From: Mobula hypostoma
Taxonomy: Eukaryota
Assembly (NCBI RefSeq): GCF_963921235.1
Contig: NC_086097.1
Span: 242,236,001-242,300,000, forward strand
Direction: 5' to 3'
DNA: 64,000 nt
Made by a program: the position numbers and the translations under genes. Below the pieces are notes generated by a model that searched no databases, was not told the DNA's origin, and was given only the letters and a program-made list of their open reading frames with translations. Of this stretch, positions 12,549 through 26,202 are shown piece by piece (the first letter of the stretch is position 1; the number at the start of each line of letters is the position of its first letter).

Positions 12549-13619
12549 TAGGTAGCTCTAAGGTAAGGACATTTTCAGCACAGCTTTGTGGGCCGAAGGG
12601 CCTGTATTGTGTTGTAGGTTTTCTATGTTTCTATGTAACCTGTTCACTCAGAGGGTGGTGAAAGTGTGGAACGAACTGCAAGTGTGAAGTGGTGGATGCG
12701 GGTTTGTTTAAGAGAAGGGTGGATAAGTACACGGATGAGAGGAGTATGGAGAGCTATGGTCCACATGCAGATGGAGGGAGCATGGTAGACTAACAGCTTG
12801 TATGTGCTCGGTGTGTCAAAGGGCCTGTTTCTGTGCTGCTGTGTTCTATGACTCCATGACAATGAAGCTTGGATCGAATCTGGATGGCCAGCTGATATCC
12901 TACTGGGACTTGCCAACTGTGTAGCTGGACGAAGTCTCTGGGGTGGGCAAGCTGAGTAACCTGATAATCAGGATATTGCCTCTATGCAGTGACCTTGTCC
13001 AGGTCAGACAGCACAGGTAGCTTTGGCAAATAGGACGTGTTACAAGTTGGGAGTATAGTGGTTGAACTTAGATGTGCACACCTTTGTGAAGGGGAAAGAA
13101 GGGAAGCTGCCCAAGAAAACATTCGTACATTGGAATAGTCTGGTCATCCTTGATGTAGATGGGTTTGGTCATGGGGCCTGCCTTAAAGTCTTTGTTCAAT
13201 ACATTTTTGACCCCATGGTGCTACAAGTATGAGCTGATCACACTGCGACAAGATCTATGAAGTCTGGGATGAAAGTGGGACATTTCTGTTCAATCTAAAG
13301 CTTTGCTGGGCTGAATGGTAGGTACAGAGGGGGTGGCAAATGGAGGGCTGGTTCTAGCAGGCTAGTAATAGGGCTTTTCTGAAGATGCAGAATTCATTTG
13401 GGATGGGTGCAATTTGCAGGTGATGCAAAACTTAGAGGTGTAGTAAGCTGTGAGAAGCACATTAATAACCTTAGAAGAAATATGGACAGGTAGGGGAATG
13501 GGCAGGTAGAAGGCGGATGAAATTTTAATGATGAGGAATGTGATGTATTACATTTTGACAGAAAGGATGAAACATGGCAATGTAAACGAAGGTGTAAATC
13601 ATAGATGTTAACATGTAAA

Positions 13620-14260
13620 CATCAAAGAACGAGGGTTCCCTTCCTCCACCATTGGTGCTGCCCTTACCCACATCTCCTCCACTTCCCCAACATCCGCACT
13701 CACCACATCTTCCCGCCACCTTAACAGTGATAGAGTTTCTCTTGTCCTTACCTACCACCCCATGAACTTCCACAAACAACACGTCATTCTCCGCAACTCC
13801 CGTCATCTTCAAAGGGATCCTACCACCAAATATATCTTTACTTACTCCCCATCTCTGCTTTCGGCAATGATTGGTCCCTCCATGATTCTTTTGTCTGTTT
13901 GTCCCTCCCCATTAGTCTCCCTCTGGGCACTTATCCCTACAAGCAGCCTAATTGCTACACTTGCCCATTCACCTCCTCCCTCACCTCCACTCAGGGCCCC
14001 AAACAGTCCTCCCAGGTGAGACAGCACTTTGCCTGTGAATCTACTGGGATCGTCTATTGTGCTCCGCATGTGGTCTTCACTACGTTGGTGAGATCTGACA
14101 TAAATTTGGGGACTGCTTCGTAGAGCACCTCAGCTCCATCAGCCAAAAGCGGAACTTGCCAGTGGCAGTGGCCAAAGATTTTTATTCCCATTCCCATTCC
14201 GACATGTCCATGACCTCCCTTTGTGAGGCCACCCTCAACGTGGAGGAGCAACACCTTATG
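13620..14260 (+). mobile_element. Penelope-like element fragment (linker and GIY-YIG region)
   Basis: Peptides LVLTYHP..ILRN..HLQRDPTT and GTYP....CYTCPFTSSLT..QGPK..QVRQHF.CES..IVYC. Confidence 0.8.
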
Positions 14261-14269
14261 AACACCTAA

Positions 14270-16385
14270 AAGAACACTGGCAGGGATGACAGCAGAACAG
14301 CAATGGCTGGAATTTCTGGAAGCAATTCGGAAGGCACTGGATATATACATCCAAAAGAGGAAGACATATTCTAAAGGCAGGATAACATAACCATGGATAA
14401 CAAGAGAAGTCAATGTCAACATAAAAGCCAAAGAATGAGCATAAATAGAACAAATATTAATGGGAAGTTAGAGGGTCTCGAAGCTTTTAAAAAATGACAG
14501 GAGGCAACTAAAAAAAATGTCATTAAGGTAAGGATGGAATATGAAAATAAGCTAGCCAATAATACTAAAGAGGATACCAAAACTTTCTTCAGATACATAA
14601 AGTATAACAGAGAGGCAAGAGTGGATATCGGACCACTGGGAAACAATGCTGGAGAAGTAGTAATGGGGGAACAAGGAAATGGTGGACGAACTGAACAAGT
14701 ATTTTGCATCAGCCTTCACTGTGGGAGACACCAACTGTATGGTGGAAGTTCCAGGTGTCAGGGGACATAAAGTATGTGAAGTTACCTTTACTAGGGAAAA
14801 GGTGGTCTGAAGGTAGATAAGTAAACTGGACCAGATGGAATGCACCCCAGGGTTCTGAAAGAGGTGGCTGAAGAGATAATGGAGGCATTAGTAATGATCT
14901 TTCAAGAATCACTAGATTCTGGAATGGTTCCGGAAGACTGGAAAACTGCAAATGTCACTCCACTCTTCAAGAAGGGACAGAGGCAGAAGAAAGGAAACTG
15001 TAGCTCAGTTAGTCTGAATTCAGTGGTTGGGAAGATATTGGAGTCAATTAAGGATGAGGTCTCAGGGTACTTGGATGCACATGATAAAAAGCCCAAAGTC
15101 AGCATGGTTTCCCCAAGGGAAAATCTTGCCTGACAAGTCTGTTAGAGTTCTTAGAAGAATTAACAAATAGGGTAGACAAAGGAGATTCAGCTGATGTTGT
15201 GTACTTGGAATTTCAGAAGGCTTTTGACAAGGTGCTACACGTGAGGTCACTTAACAAACTACAAGCCCATGGTATTACAGGAAGGATGATAGCATGGATA
15301 GGGGAATGGCTGACAGGCAGGAGGTAAAGGAGGGGAATAAAGGGAGCCTTTTTTGGTCAGCTGCCGGTGACGAGTGGTGTTCCACAGGGGTCTGTGTTCG
15401 GATCAATTCTTTTTACAGATTGATGATCTGGATGATTGATGGCTTTGTTGCAAAGTTTGCAGATGATAAGAAGATGAGTGGAGGGGCAGGTAGTTTTGAG
15501 GAAATAGAGAGGCTACAGTAGGACTTAGACAGATTGGGAGAATGGGCAAAGAAGTGGCAGATGGAATGCGGTGTCAGAAGTATATGATCTTGCACTTTGG
15601 TAGAAGAACTGAAAGGGTCGACTATTTTCTAAATGGGGGGAAATATAGAAATCTGAGGCACAAAGGCATTTGGGAGCGCTTATGTAGGAGTCCCTCAAGG
15701 TTAATTTGCAGGTTGAGTCTGTGGTGAGGAAGGCAAATGCAATGTTAGCATTCATTCAAGAGGACTTGAATATGAAAGAAAGGATGTAATGCTGAGACTT
15801 CATAAAACATTGGTGAGGTCTCACTTGGAATACTGTGAGTAGTTTTGGGTCCCCTATCTTAGAAAGGATGTGCTGAAACTGGAGAGGGATCAAAGGAGGT
15901 TCATTAAAATGATTCCAGGATTGAATGGCTTGTCATATGAAGAGCATTTGATGGCTCTGGGCCTGTATTCACTGGAATTTAGAAGAATGAGTGGTGTTCT
16001 TTTTGAAACCTATTGAATGGTGAAAGCCCTTGATAGACTGGATGTGGAGAGGATGTTTCCTATGGTGGGAGAGTCAAAGACCAAGGACATAGCCTCAGAA
16101 AAGAGGGGCATCCTGTTGGAACGGCGATGGGGAGGAACTTCTTTAGCCAGAAAGTAGTGAAACAGGGAAATTCGTTGCCACAGGCAGCTGTGGAGGCCAA
16201 GTCTTTATGTATATGTAAGGCAGAGGTTGATAGAGTCTTGATTGGTTGGGGCATAAAGAGATACGGGGGGGGGGCGGAAAATCAGAGATTGGAGCTGGGA
16301 GGAAAAATGGATTAGCCATGATGGAATGGTGCAGCAGATTCGATGGGCCAAATGGGTTAATTCTGCTCTTATAGCTTATGGTCTT
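14270..16385 (+). mobile_element. CR1-type LINE, decayed ORF2
   Basis: HPRVLKEVAEEI, VPEDWKTANVTPLFKKG and FADD, with many frameshifts and a CR1 tail. Confidence 0.9.
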
Positions 16386-16789
16386 AATTACATTGTGTCT
16401 AGGTAGCCTTCATCTGATGGAATGGATATTGATTTTTTATTCTGGTAAAAAAAGATTCCCTCCCCCTCCCCTCTTCTTCTATTCCCCACTCTGGCCTCTG
16501 ACCTTTTCTCACCTGCCTATCATCTCCTCCCTGGATCCCCTCCTCCTTCTCTTTCTCTCATGGTCCACTCTCCTCTCCTATCAGAGTCCTTCTTCTCCAG
16601 CCCTTTATCTTTTCTATGCACCCGGCATCACCCAGTTCCTTCCAGCTGCTCCCCCTTCCCCTCCCCCCACCTTTTTTTCTGGCATCTTCCCCCTTCCTTT
16701 CCAGTCCTGAGGAAGTGTCTCAGCCTGAAACATTGGAACTGTTTATTCGTTTCCATAGATGCTGCCTGAGCTGCTGAGTTCCTCCAGCA

Positions 16790-18650
16790 TTTTCTTTCTT
16801 TCTTTTCAAGTCTTTTTATTAATTTTCAAAATTATAAACATAACAATAATATTGATAAACAGAGAATGGGATTACATTATTAATAGCTAACACTTGCAAA
16901 TATAAAAATGCTGATAATACAAGTATATTAGCTCACCCCAACTCTAACTATAATTGAACATGGTAAAAGATAAATGGCAAAAAAACCTAAAAAAAACACC
17001 AAACTAGAAAAGAAAAAAAAACACACTAAATTGAGCTAAGCAAAACTAAACTAAACAAAACTAAAACAAAGTTGGGCTAACCTATTACATTGGATACAAT
17101 CATTGATGTCATTAACTCCACTCCTCTATCCGTATATTTTTAGTTAAAAAAAGGATTCGACAAAGGTCAAACTACATCATATGAAAATGTTGAATAAATG
17201 GTCTCCAAATTTCTTCAAATTTAACCGGAGGATCAGAGACGCCACTTCTGATTTTCTCTAAATTTATGCAAGGTATCGTTTGAGAAAACCATTGAAATGT
17301 AGTAGACGGATTGACCTCTTTCCAATTCAGTAAGATAGATCTTCTAGCCATTAATGTAAGGAATGCAATCATCCGGCAGGCTGAAGGGGATAGGTAACTA
17401 TCTTCCATCATCGGTAATCCAAAAATTGCAGTAATAGGGTGAGGTTGTAAATCAATACACAAAACTGTAGAAATAATATCGAATATATCTTTCCAATATT
17501 TATCCAAAAAAGGGCAAGATCAGAACATATGAGTCAAGGAAACAACTTCAGAATGACATCTTTTGCAAATAGGGCTTATATGAGAATAGAAACGAGCTAA
17601 TTTATCTTTAGACATACGAGCCCTATGTACCACATTAAATTGTATCAATGTATGTTTAGCACATAAAGAGAACAGGTTAACTAATTGAAATTTTTTTCCC
17701 ATTTTTCTGGATAAATGAAGTTGAAGTTCCCTTTCCCATTCAGTCTTAATTTTATCAGATATACCTGAATTTATTTTCATAATCAAATCATAAATAATTG
17801 CTATTAAACCCTTCTGATAAGGATTTAATCCTAACATTTTTTTCCATGATATCAAATGGATATGAAGTTGGAAATGTAGGTAGCTTAGTATTTAAAAAAT
17901 TTCTAATTTGTAAATATCTGAAAAAAACGAGATTTAGGCAAATTATATTTATTAGATAACTGTTCAAAAGACATAAAGCAGCTATCCAAAAATAAATCAC
18001 GAAAGCTTAATATACCCTTCATTTTCCATACCGAATAACAGATGGTTGAAAGAAAAAGTTAGATATAATAGGGCTTGATAAAATAAATTGGTTCAAACCA
18101 AAAAATTTATGAAATTAAAACCATATTCGTACTGTATGTTTAATTATTGGATTAATAATTTGTTTATTTAATTTAGAAAGAACAAATGGAAGAGAAGTCC
18201 CTAAAATGGAGGTCAGAGAAAACCCTTGCACGGATTTACATTCCAGGTTTACCCATTGTGGGGTTAAAGTTATATCCAAATCTTGTATTCAAAATATTAA
18301 ATATCAAATATTAATTGTCCAATAGTAAAATCTAAAATTCGGCAATGCTAAACCACCATCCTTTTTAAACTTCTGTAAGTATTTTTTACTTAATCTAGGG
18401 TTTTTATTTTGCCATATATATGAAGAAATTTAAGAATCTAAAGTATCAACAAAGGATTTAGAAAAGAAAATTGGTAATGCTTGAAACAAATATAAAAATT
18501 TAGGTAGGACAATCATCTTAATAGCATTAATTCGACCAAGCGTTGATAGAAACAATGGGGACCATTTAATAAACAATTGTTTAACCTGATCAATTAAAGG
18601 TAAAAAATTATGCTTAAAGCATTTTGTATGTTTTGTAATGTAAACCAAGG
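16790..18650 (-). mobile_element. L1/Tx1-type LINE, 5'-truncated ORF2 3' end
   Basis: A-rich tail (T-rich on +) with AATAAA; peptides GRINAIKMIVLPKFLYLFQALP and C.RC.......HMF. Confidence 0.9.
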
Positions 18651-20544
18651 GAACCCTTCTAAATGGGATACAGACAGATGTGTGGTATGTGTTGAAAGAG
18701 CCAGGGTGGGTTGAGAAAGTGATTAAGCTGCACATGGGAGCTAGTGATTTATAGAAAGAGACATAGTACAAGAGTAGGTAAATCATAATAACCCTCCATA
18801 AAACACCAGCTTGATCACGCTGGGAATATTGGGTACCGAGCTCAAGCAAACAGGTAACAGATTAGGCAAGGATGTGGAAGAAATTCACCAAAATGATTCC
18901 AGGAGTTTAGATTTCTAGAGGGTTTTAAGCAGTATTTGAGGAACATGACTTCAGTCTTTCCAGTGTTCAGTCGTAGAAAGGCCCGTTCACTCAGGTACAC
19001 CCACAACATGCTGGAGGAACTCAGCAGGTGAAGCAGTGTCTATGGAAATTAACAAACAGTTGATGTTTTGGGTCGAGACCCTGGTGAAAGGTCTCTGCCC
19101 GAAACATCGACAGTTTATTTATTTCTATAGATGCTATTTATTCATTTCTGACCTGCTGGGTTTCTCCAGCATCTTGTGCACGTTGCTCTGTGTTTCTAGC
19201 ATCTGTAGTATCTCTTGCGTTTAGGTGTCAGGTAAATGGTATTAGAATTCCAGACAGTGGAAAGATGGAGATTTGTCATGGTGAGTTAGATCAAGTATCA
19301 ACAGTCTCAGGTGAACCCAATATGGTCATATCTTATGGAGGTATAGAAAATTATGAGAGATATCGATTGGGTGACATTTTCACCTCAGTTTGGGTGAGAT
19401 TAGAACTAGAGGTCATAGTTTATGTGTGAAAGGTGAAATATTTAAGGGGAATCTAAGAGAGAACCTCTTTACTCAGAGGGTGGTGACAGCGTGGAATGAG
19501 CTGCCAGTGGAGATGGTAGATGTTGGTGCAATTGTAACATTCAAAGAAATTTATATACAGTACTGCCCAAGTCTTAGGCACATATATGTATATAGCTAGG
19601 GTGCCCAAGACTTTTGTATAATACTGTAGTAATGTTATATATTGCACTGCACTGCTGCCACAAAAAAGCAAAACTTCATGGCATATGTGAGTGATGATTC
19701 TGAAACGGGTCTCTGTTGTGGACTAAGAGTGGGAAGGGGGCAGGAAGAGGGGAATCATGGTTGGGAAAAGGGGAATGGAGAGGGGAGGGAGTGGGAAGCA
19801 CCAGACAGACATCCTGTAATGATCAATAAACCAGTTGTTTGGAATCAAATGACCTTGCCTGGTGTCTCAGGGCTGGGTGTGTCTGCACCCACACCACCTC
19901 CTGCCCCGCCCCCTGGAACTCTTTCTCTGCCAACCATTCCACATCCCTCCTGTGGTGCTCTACCCTCGCCATTCCCAACATCCTTTGCTCCCTCCAGATT
20001 TACAAACTCGCTCTCTGCTCCATGTTGGCTAATACAAAAGACTTAGGTACCCTAGCTATATATATGTGCCTAAACCTTTTGTGTAGTTATGTAAGTACAT
20101 GGATGGAAGGAGTTTGGAGGGCTATGGTCCAGGTGCAGGTAGATGGGACCAGGTAGAAAAATCAGGTAAGCACAGATTAGATGGGCCAAAGAGCCTGTCT
20201 TTGTGCTGGAGTGCTTTATGACTCAGTGATGCTCCTGATGCGGTATGGCCATGTCTCTTCCTGTTGCTGTAGTCTATCCTCTCTCACATGATGTTCTTTT
20301 CCACCTGGTGTACATCAACTGCTTGAATTGCTTCAGATCTGGTAGCTGTGTTTTGCCTTCCCTCCCCTAAGCTATTCTGTAAAATGTATCACTTTGACTA
20401 ACCTATTGGAGATCACCATATGAAATTTTGTTTAAGTTTCATTTACAAATGCTCCTGTGAAACTATCTTGAACGCGTCTCTTCACTTCAGCTGTTAAAAA
20501 TGTAAGTGTTGTAAACGATGAATAAAATAATGTACTATATCTGC

Positions 20545-20740
20545 TGTAGTAGCATCAGCACTGGACTTCAGGGTGAATGGTCCTGAGTTCGAATCCAGCC
20601 AGCTCCTTGCACGCTTTCCATCCATGCTGGATTGAGAGTCGAGTCAGCAACTCAGCCCTGTTTTAAAAAAAGACAAAATGCTAAAGAAATCGCAAGGTAT
20701 CTGCCCGATGCGCCACAAGGAGCAGAAAGGAATAACAAAG
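20545..20740 (+). mobile_element. tRNA-headed SINE with RTE-like body
   Basis: B-box gagttcgaatcc; homologous to 1705-1905. Confidence 0.6.
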
Positions 20741-20899
20741 TAATATATAGAACATAGAACAGAGAAAACTCTAGCACGGTGCTTTTAAACTACCCTACTT
20801 ACCTTCTGCCTAAATGCCACAGGCATGAAGGTCCTCCATCTCTGTCTCTACAGAAGGATTCTTCACTGCTGTTTCCATAGCAGGACTTTCCATGCATTC

Positions 20900-21695
20900 A
20901 CCACTTTCTAAATCCACTCCTCTGACATTCCCTCTATACTTTCCTCTGATCACCTTAACATTATCCCCCTGCATATTAGCCATTTCCGCCCTGGGAAAAA
21001 GTCTCTGACTGTCAACTCGATCTCTGCCTCTTATCATCTTGTACAATTCTCTCAGGTCACATCTCGTCCTCCTTCACTCCAAAGAGAAAAGCCCTAGCTT
21101 GCTCAACCTACCCTCATGAGACATGCTCTCTAATCTAGGTGGCATCTTTGTAAGTCTCCTCTGCACCCTCTCTAAATCTTGCACATCGTTCCTATAGTGA
21201 GGCAGTCAGAATTCAACACAATATTCCAAGTGTGTTCTAACCAGGGTTTTATAGACCTACAACACTACCTTGAGTATCTTGAACTCATTCCTTCAGCTAA
21301 TGAAGACCAACACGCCATACACCTTCTTAACCACCCTATCAACTTGTACAACAGCTTCGAGAGATCTACAGATTTGAACCCCGAGAACCCTCCGCTTCTC
21401 CACACTGCACAGATCCTTGCCATTAATCCTGCATTCTGCCTTCAAGTTCCCCTTCCAGACTGAATCACTTCACACTTCTCCGGATTGAACTCCACCTGCC
21501 TCTTCATAGCCCAGTTCTACATCCAATCAGTGTCCCGTTGTAACCTATGATGACCTTCTACACTGTCCACAACCCCACCGACCTTTGTGTCATCTGCAAA
21601 CTTACAAATCCACGCTTCCACTTCCTCATTCAACTCATTTATAAAAATTACAAAGAGCAGGGGTCCCAGAACAGATCCCTGCGGAACACCACTGG
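20900..21695 (-). mobile_element. CR1-type LINE fragment
   Basis: SGVPQGSVLGP..FADDTKVGG on the minus strand plus a 3' region. Confidence 0.85.
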
Positions 21696-21806
21696 AAGCT
21701 ACAAGTAAGTTAAGTCTGGTATTTACCTGATGGTGATGATTTTTGTTGAGTCCACGTGGGACATGGCATTGTCTGACAAACCTTTCCCTTCCTTTTGCTC
21801 TCGAAG

Positions 21807-21953
21807 GTGGATATCTGGCAGGGAGCTTGGCTGTCATGAGTGATGCAGCACATCTTCTAGCAGACATCACGAGTTTTCTGATTAACCTGTGCTCATTATG
21901 GTTATCCTCAAGACCGGCCACCAAGAGATTAAATTTTGGATGGTACAGAGCAG
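21807..21953 (+). CDS. SLC30A8: ZnT8-like exon 3 (TM2, HxxxD)
   Basis: 147 nt between tcgaag and gtagga. Encodes [49 protein letters not shown], the CDF family signature. Confidence 0.95.
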
Positions 21954-22608
21954 GTAGGAGTTTCAGAAGAAAATGCAGCTTTCACTGTGCTTCAAGTGAA
22001 GCATTAGCAAAACTAAAAAACAAAGATCACTTCTTTTTTGAAATTTTCCAAAAATAAATGAAATGGAATGATTTTTATTTATTGACATATAGTGAGGAAT
22101 AGGCCCATCCGATCCTGTGAGCCATTCCACCCGATTTAACCCTAGCCTAATCGCTGGACAATTTACAATGACCAATTAACCTACCAACCGGTACATCTTT
22201 GGACTGTGGGGGAAAACCAGAGCACACAGTCAAAACTCACAGGGAGAATGTACAAACTTCTTGTAGGGCAGCGGTGGGAATTGAACCCAGGTCACCTGCA
22301 CTGTAAAGGGTTCTGCTAACCACTGCGCTGCCATGCCACCCTGATATGTTGATTTAAGGATGTTAAAGGTTATGGGGAGAAGGCAGGAAGAATGTTGTTG
22401 ATGCAATGGCGAGTAGAAGTCTCAATGGGCTGAATGGCCTGATTATGCTCCTACGACTTATGGTCTTATTGTGGCCACATGAGCTAAAACTGTGAAGCAA
22501 AAGTATATCCAGATTATTTATTTTTTAGTGTGACAAATAGTATTAGCTTAACCACAAATTATACAGCCTGACTTTCCTTATTTTTACTTCATAAAAGCAT
22601 GTGATATA

Positions 22609-23211
22609 CAGTACTGTGCAAAAGTCTTGAGCACATGTGTATAACTAGGGTGCCAAAGACTTTTGCATAGTACTGTAGTAACTTTATGTGTTGCACTGTA
22701 CTGCTGCCACAAAAAAAAGTCATGATATATGTGAGTGATGATAAACCTGATTCTGATATGGGTCTCTTGGACTGAGAGTGGGAAGGGGGCAGGGAGAGGG
22801 GATTCACGGTTGGGAAAAGGGGAAGGGAGAGGGGAGGGAGCAGGAAGCACCAGAGAGACATTCTGTAATGATCAATAAACCAATTGTTTGCAATCAAATA
22901 ATTGTGCCTGGTGTCTCAGGGCTGGGTGTGTCTGCACGCATGTCAACCACTGCTCCTGGCACTCCTCCTGTGCCACCTGTCCCACACCCCTCCCATGGCA
23001 CTCCACCCTCACCTTTTCTCCCTCCACACCTACAAACTCGCTTCCAATCCTCCTGTGCCTCCTGTCCAACACTCCTCCCATGGCACTCCACCCTCACCTT
23101 TCCTCCCTCCACACCTACAAACTCGCTTCCACTGCATGTTGACAAATACAGTACTGTGCGAACGTCTTAAGCACCTCAGCTATATGTCCCCAAGTATTTT
23201 GCACTGTACTG
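22609..23211 (+). mobile_element. Composite non-autonomous element bounded by two palindromic Tc1-like mini-MITEs
   Basis: Flanked by TA; each end is an approximately 65-bp palindrome cagtactgtgcaaaagtctt...aagacttttgcacagtactg. Other copies at 10070-10526, 19558-20090 and 38043-38506. Confidence 0.75.
22963..23131 (+). repeat. Tandem duplication, 85-bp period, 2 copies
   Basis: tcctcctgtgcc...tacaaactcgcttcca begins at 22963 and again at 23048. Confidence 0.9.
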
Positions 23212-23503
23212 TATATCCAGGAATTTGCAAAGATCATTTGTCTCTGGTTTGCCATGAAGTGAGGCGTTTGGTCAATTTTTTATCCTTTAATATTTAGATT
23301 TTTCTCTCTCTTTTTTAGGTTTCTGCTGTTCATTGTATAATAAGAGGAAGGACTGTGTAGTTGGACATGTTCTACAGTGAAAAAAAATCTCTTCAGAATC
23401 AGAATCAGGTTTAATATCACTGGCATACGTCATAGAATTTGTTGTTATGTAGTGGCAATACATTGCAATGCATGATAATAAAATTGTAAATTACAATATT
23501 TAT

Positions 23504-23809
23504 GTTAGGCATCCGTTAGTCTTGCGAGACCGTGGATCTGCGCCTGGAAAGTCTTCACTCTCCAGGGCGCAGGCCTGGGCAAGGTTGCATGGAAGACCAG
23601 CAGTTGCCCGTGCTGCAAGTCTCCCCTCTCCACGACACCAATGTTGTCCAAGGGAAGACCCATACAGCTTGGCACCAGTGTCGGCACAGAGCAATGTGCG
23701 ATTAAGTGCCTTGCTCAAGGACACAACACATTGCCTCGGCTGGGACTCGAACTCACGACCCTCAGGTAGCTAGTCCAATACCTTAACCACTTGGCCATCT
23801 GCCCACACA
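23504..23809 (-). mobile_element. tRNA-derived CORE-like SINE, tail type B
   Basis: TSD ACAATATTTAT at 23493-23503 and 23810-23820; near-identical to 36801-37116. Confidence 0.85.
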
Positions 23810-24342
23810 ACAATATTTATATGAAAATGTTAAACTAAATAAGTAGTGGAAAAAGAGAAAAAAAAGTAATGAGGTAGTGTTCATGGGTCCAATGTCCATT
23901 ACTTGCTATCAAACCAATAGATTTCCTGTTGTTTCAATGTACCTGAAGCTTCTCTAGTTCAAAATTATGATGAGTGTAAATAGGGTAAGCACAAGCAGGC
24001 TTTTTCCACTGAAGTTGGGTGGGGCTACAACCAGAAGTCATGGGTGAAAGGTGAAAAGTTCAAGGAGAACATGAGGGGAAACTTCTTCACTCAGAGAGCT
24101 GTGCGACTGTGGAATGAATTGCCAGCACGTGTGGTGCATGCGAGCTCAATTTCAACTTTTAAGAGAAGTTTGGATAGGTACATGGAAGATAGGGGTATGG
24201 AGGGCTATGGTCCCAGTGCAGATCAATGGGAGTAGGCAGTTTAAATGGTTCCGCACGGACTAGATGGGCCAAAGGGCCTTTTTCTGTGCTGTACTTTTCT
24301 ATGACTCTAAAAATAAATTCCCACTTAATTTGCTTTTACCAG

Positions 24343-24496
24343 AAATACTTGGAGCATTGTTTTCGGTGATCATAATTTGGATTGTAACAGGAGTCCTGGT
24401 CTACCTCGCCGCTCAACGATTGATCCATTCTGATTTTGAAATTGATGGATTGGTTATGGTTACAACATCTTCCATTGCCGTGGTAGTAAACATAAT
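24343..24496 (+). CDS. SLC30A8: ZnT8-like exon 4 (TM3-TM4)
   Basis: 154 nt between ttttaccag and gtaagt. Encodes EILGALFSVIIIWIVTGVLVYLAAQRLIHSDFEIDGLVMVTTSSIAVVVNI. Confidence 0.95.
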
Positions 24497-26202
24497 GTAA
24501 GTTAATTTTTGAAATTCGCTTGTTATTTCTTTCCACATGCCACCTTTTAAATAAATCAGACTTAGTTGTATTCTTGCCTTAAAAATGGTGTTCAAAGTTA
24601 CACACAAAATGCTGGAAGAACTCAGCAGGTCAGGCAGCATCTGCGGAGGAGAATAAAAAGTTGACGTTTCAGGTCCTTTCATCAGGACTGGAAAGGAAGG
24701 GGGGAAAGGGGGTAGAATCTAGAATAAGGAGGTGGGGGGAGGAGGACAAGCTAGCAAGTAATAGGTGAATCCAGGTGAAGGGGAAAGTGCATAGGTGGGG
24801 GGGGGTGGTGAGAAGCTGAGAGGTGAAAGGTGAGAGCTTTCCCCATCCTGGTTCCCCTCTCACCCCTACTCTTCTCCTCATCTGTCCATCACCTCCCCCT
24901 GGTTTCCCTCCTCATTCCCTTTCTTCCATGGTCCACTGTTGTCTCCTATCAGATTCCTTCTTCTTCAGCCCCTTGCCTTTTCCACCTATCACTTCTCAGT
25001 ATCTTGGAGGGGTGGGAGGCTGGTGAGGGTGCTTCACTGCTGATATACTTTATCCCACAGACAAAGTAATTCTTCCACCTATCTTCTCTCAGTTTCTCAC
25101 TTCATTCCCCCCTCCTCCACCCACCCACCTTCCCCCTCACCTGGTCTTACCTATCACCTGCCACCTGTAGTCCTTCCCTTAACCCCACCTTCTTATTCTG
25201 GCTTCTTCCCCTTTCCTTTCAAGTCCCGATGAATTATCTTGGCTTGAAATGTCGACCGTTTAATCCTCTTCAAGAGGCTATACTATGTAGATCTCGCAGC
25301 TGAAGCTCAGCGACGGGGCTGGAAAACCAAAGTTTGTCCTGTGGGGGTGGGTTGTAGGGGATTTATAACCACATCCACCATCAAATTGGTGAAGGAGCTG
25401 GGGATCTATGGTCAGAATCTATGTCAAACCAGCAGAGCCACGTCAGAGGTGGTGGAAAGAAGCAGTCAATGGCTTTGGATCAAGTGAAAGGACTTCTCCC
25501 GGGCTCCAAGATAGCATCAAGAGAGTGCGAAGGCACAATGGGTGCGGGGGGTAACTCTGGGGTGCCAGAAGTTATCGTTGAGCCCTCAGGAGATGTCATG
25601 GCCTAATCGATGAAACATCGAGGTAGGAGGGTGCCCACTTGAAAACCCCTGCGTGTTGACCCTGTGCCACTCCCAACACCAAGGCAGTCTCGTGCAAGTG
25701 CTCACAACCCATTGGCACAAGAGATAGTAACATTTTATCCTGTGATTTTTTAAAAAAATTTTCACTTCTGCATCCCTTCCTTTCCAGTCTCATGAAGAGT
25801 TTCAGTCCGAAGTGTAGACTGCTTATTCCCCTCCATAGATGCTGCCTGACCTGCTGAGTTCCTCCAGCACTTTTGTGTTTGTTACTCTGGATTTCTGGCA
25901 TCTGCAGAATCCCTTGTGTTAAAGGTTTTAGAATGAGGGGTGACAGTTGCAGGTAATGGGATTGTCCTCCCAGGATTGACTTGGAGATGAAATTCCTTCA
26001 CGTACTTTTTTTAGAAAATTTTCGAATATTTTGCTTGGCAAGGTTCTGTATATTCTGTCACAGGGTGTGCTCTAGATTGAAACCGATAGAGCTTTGGGTA
26101 CGAAAGGAATCAGGAAATGGAGAGAAGTGTGAACTTTTTGGACAGCAACCATGTGGCCTTCTCCAGGATGATGTTTTCTGAATGTAACTTATCTTTATGC
26201 AG

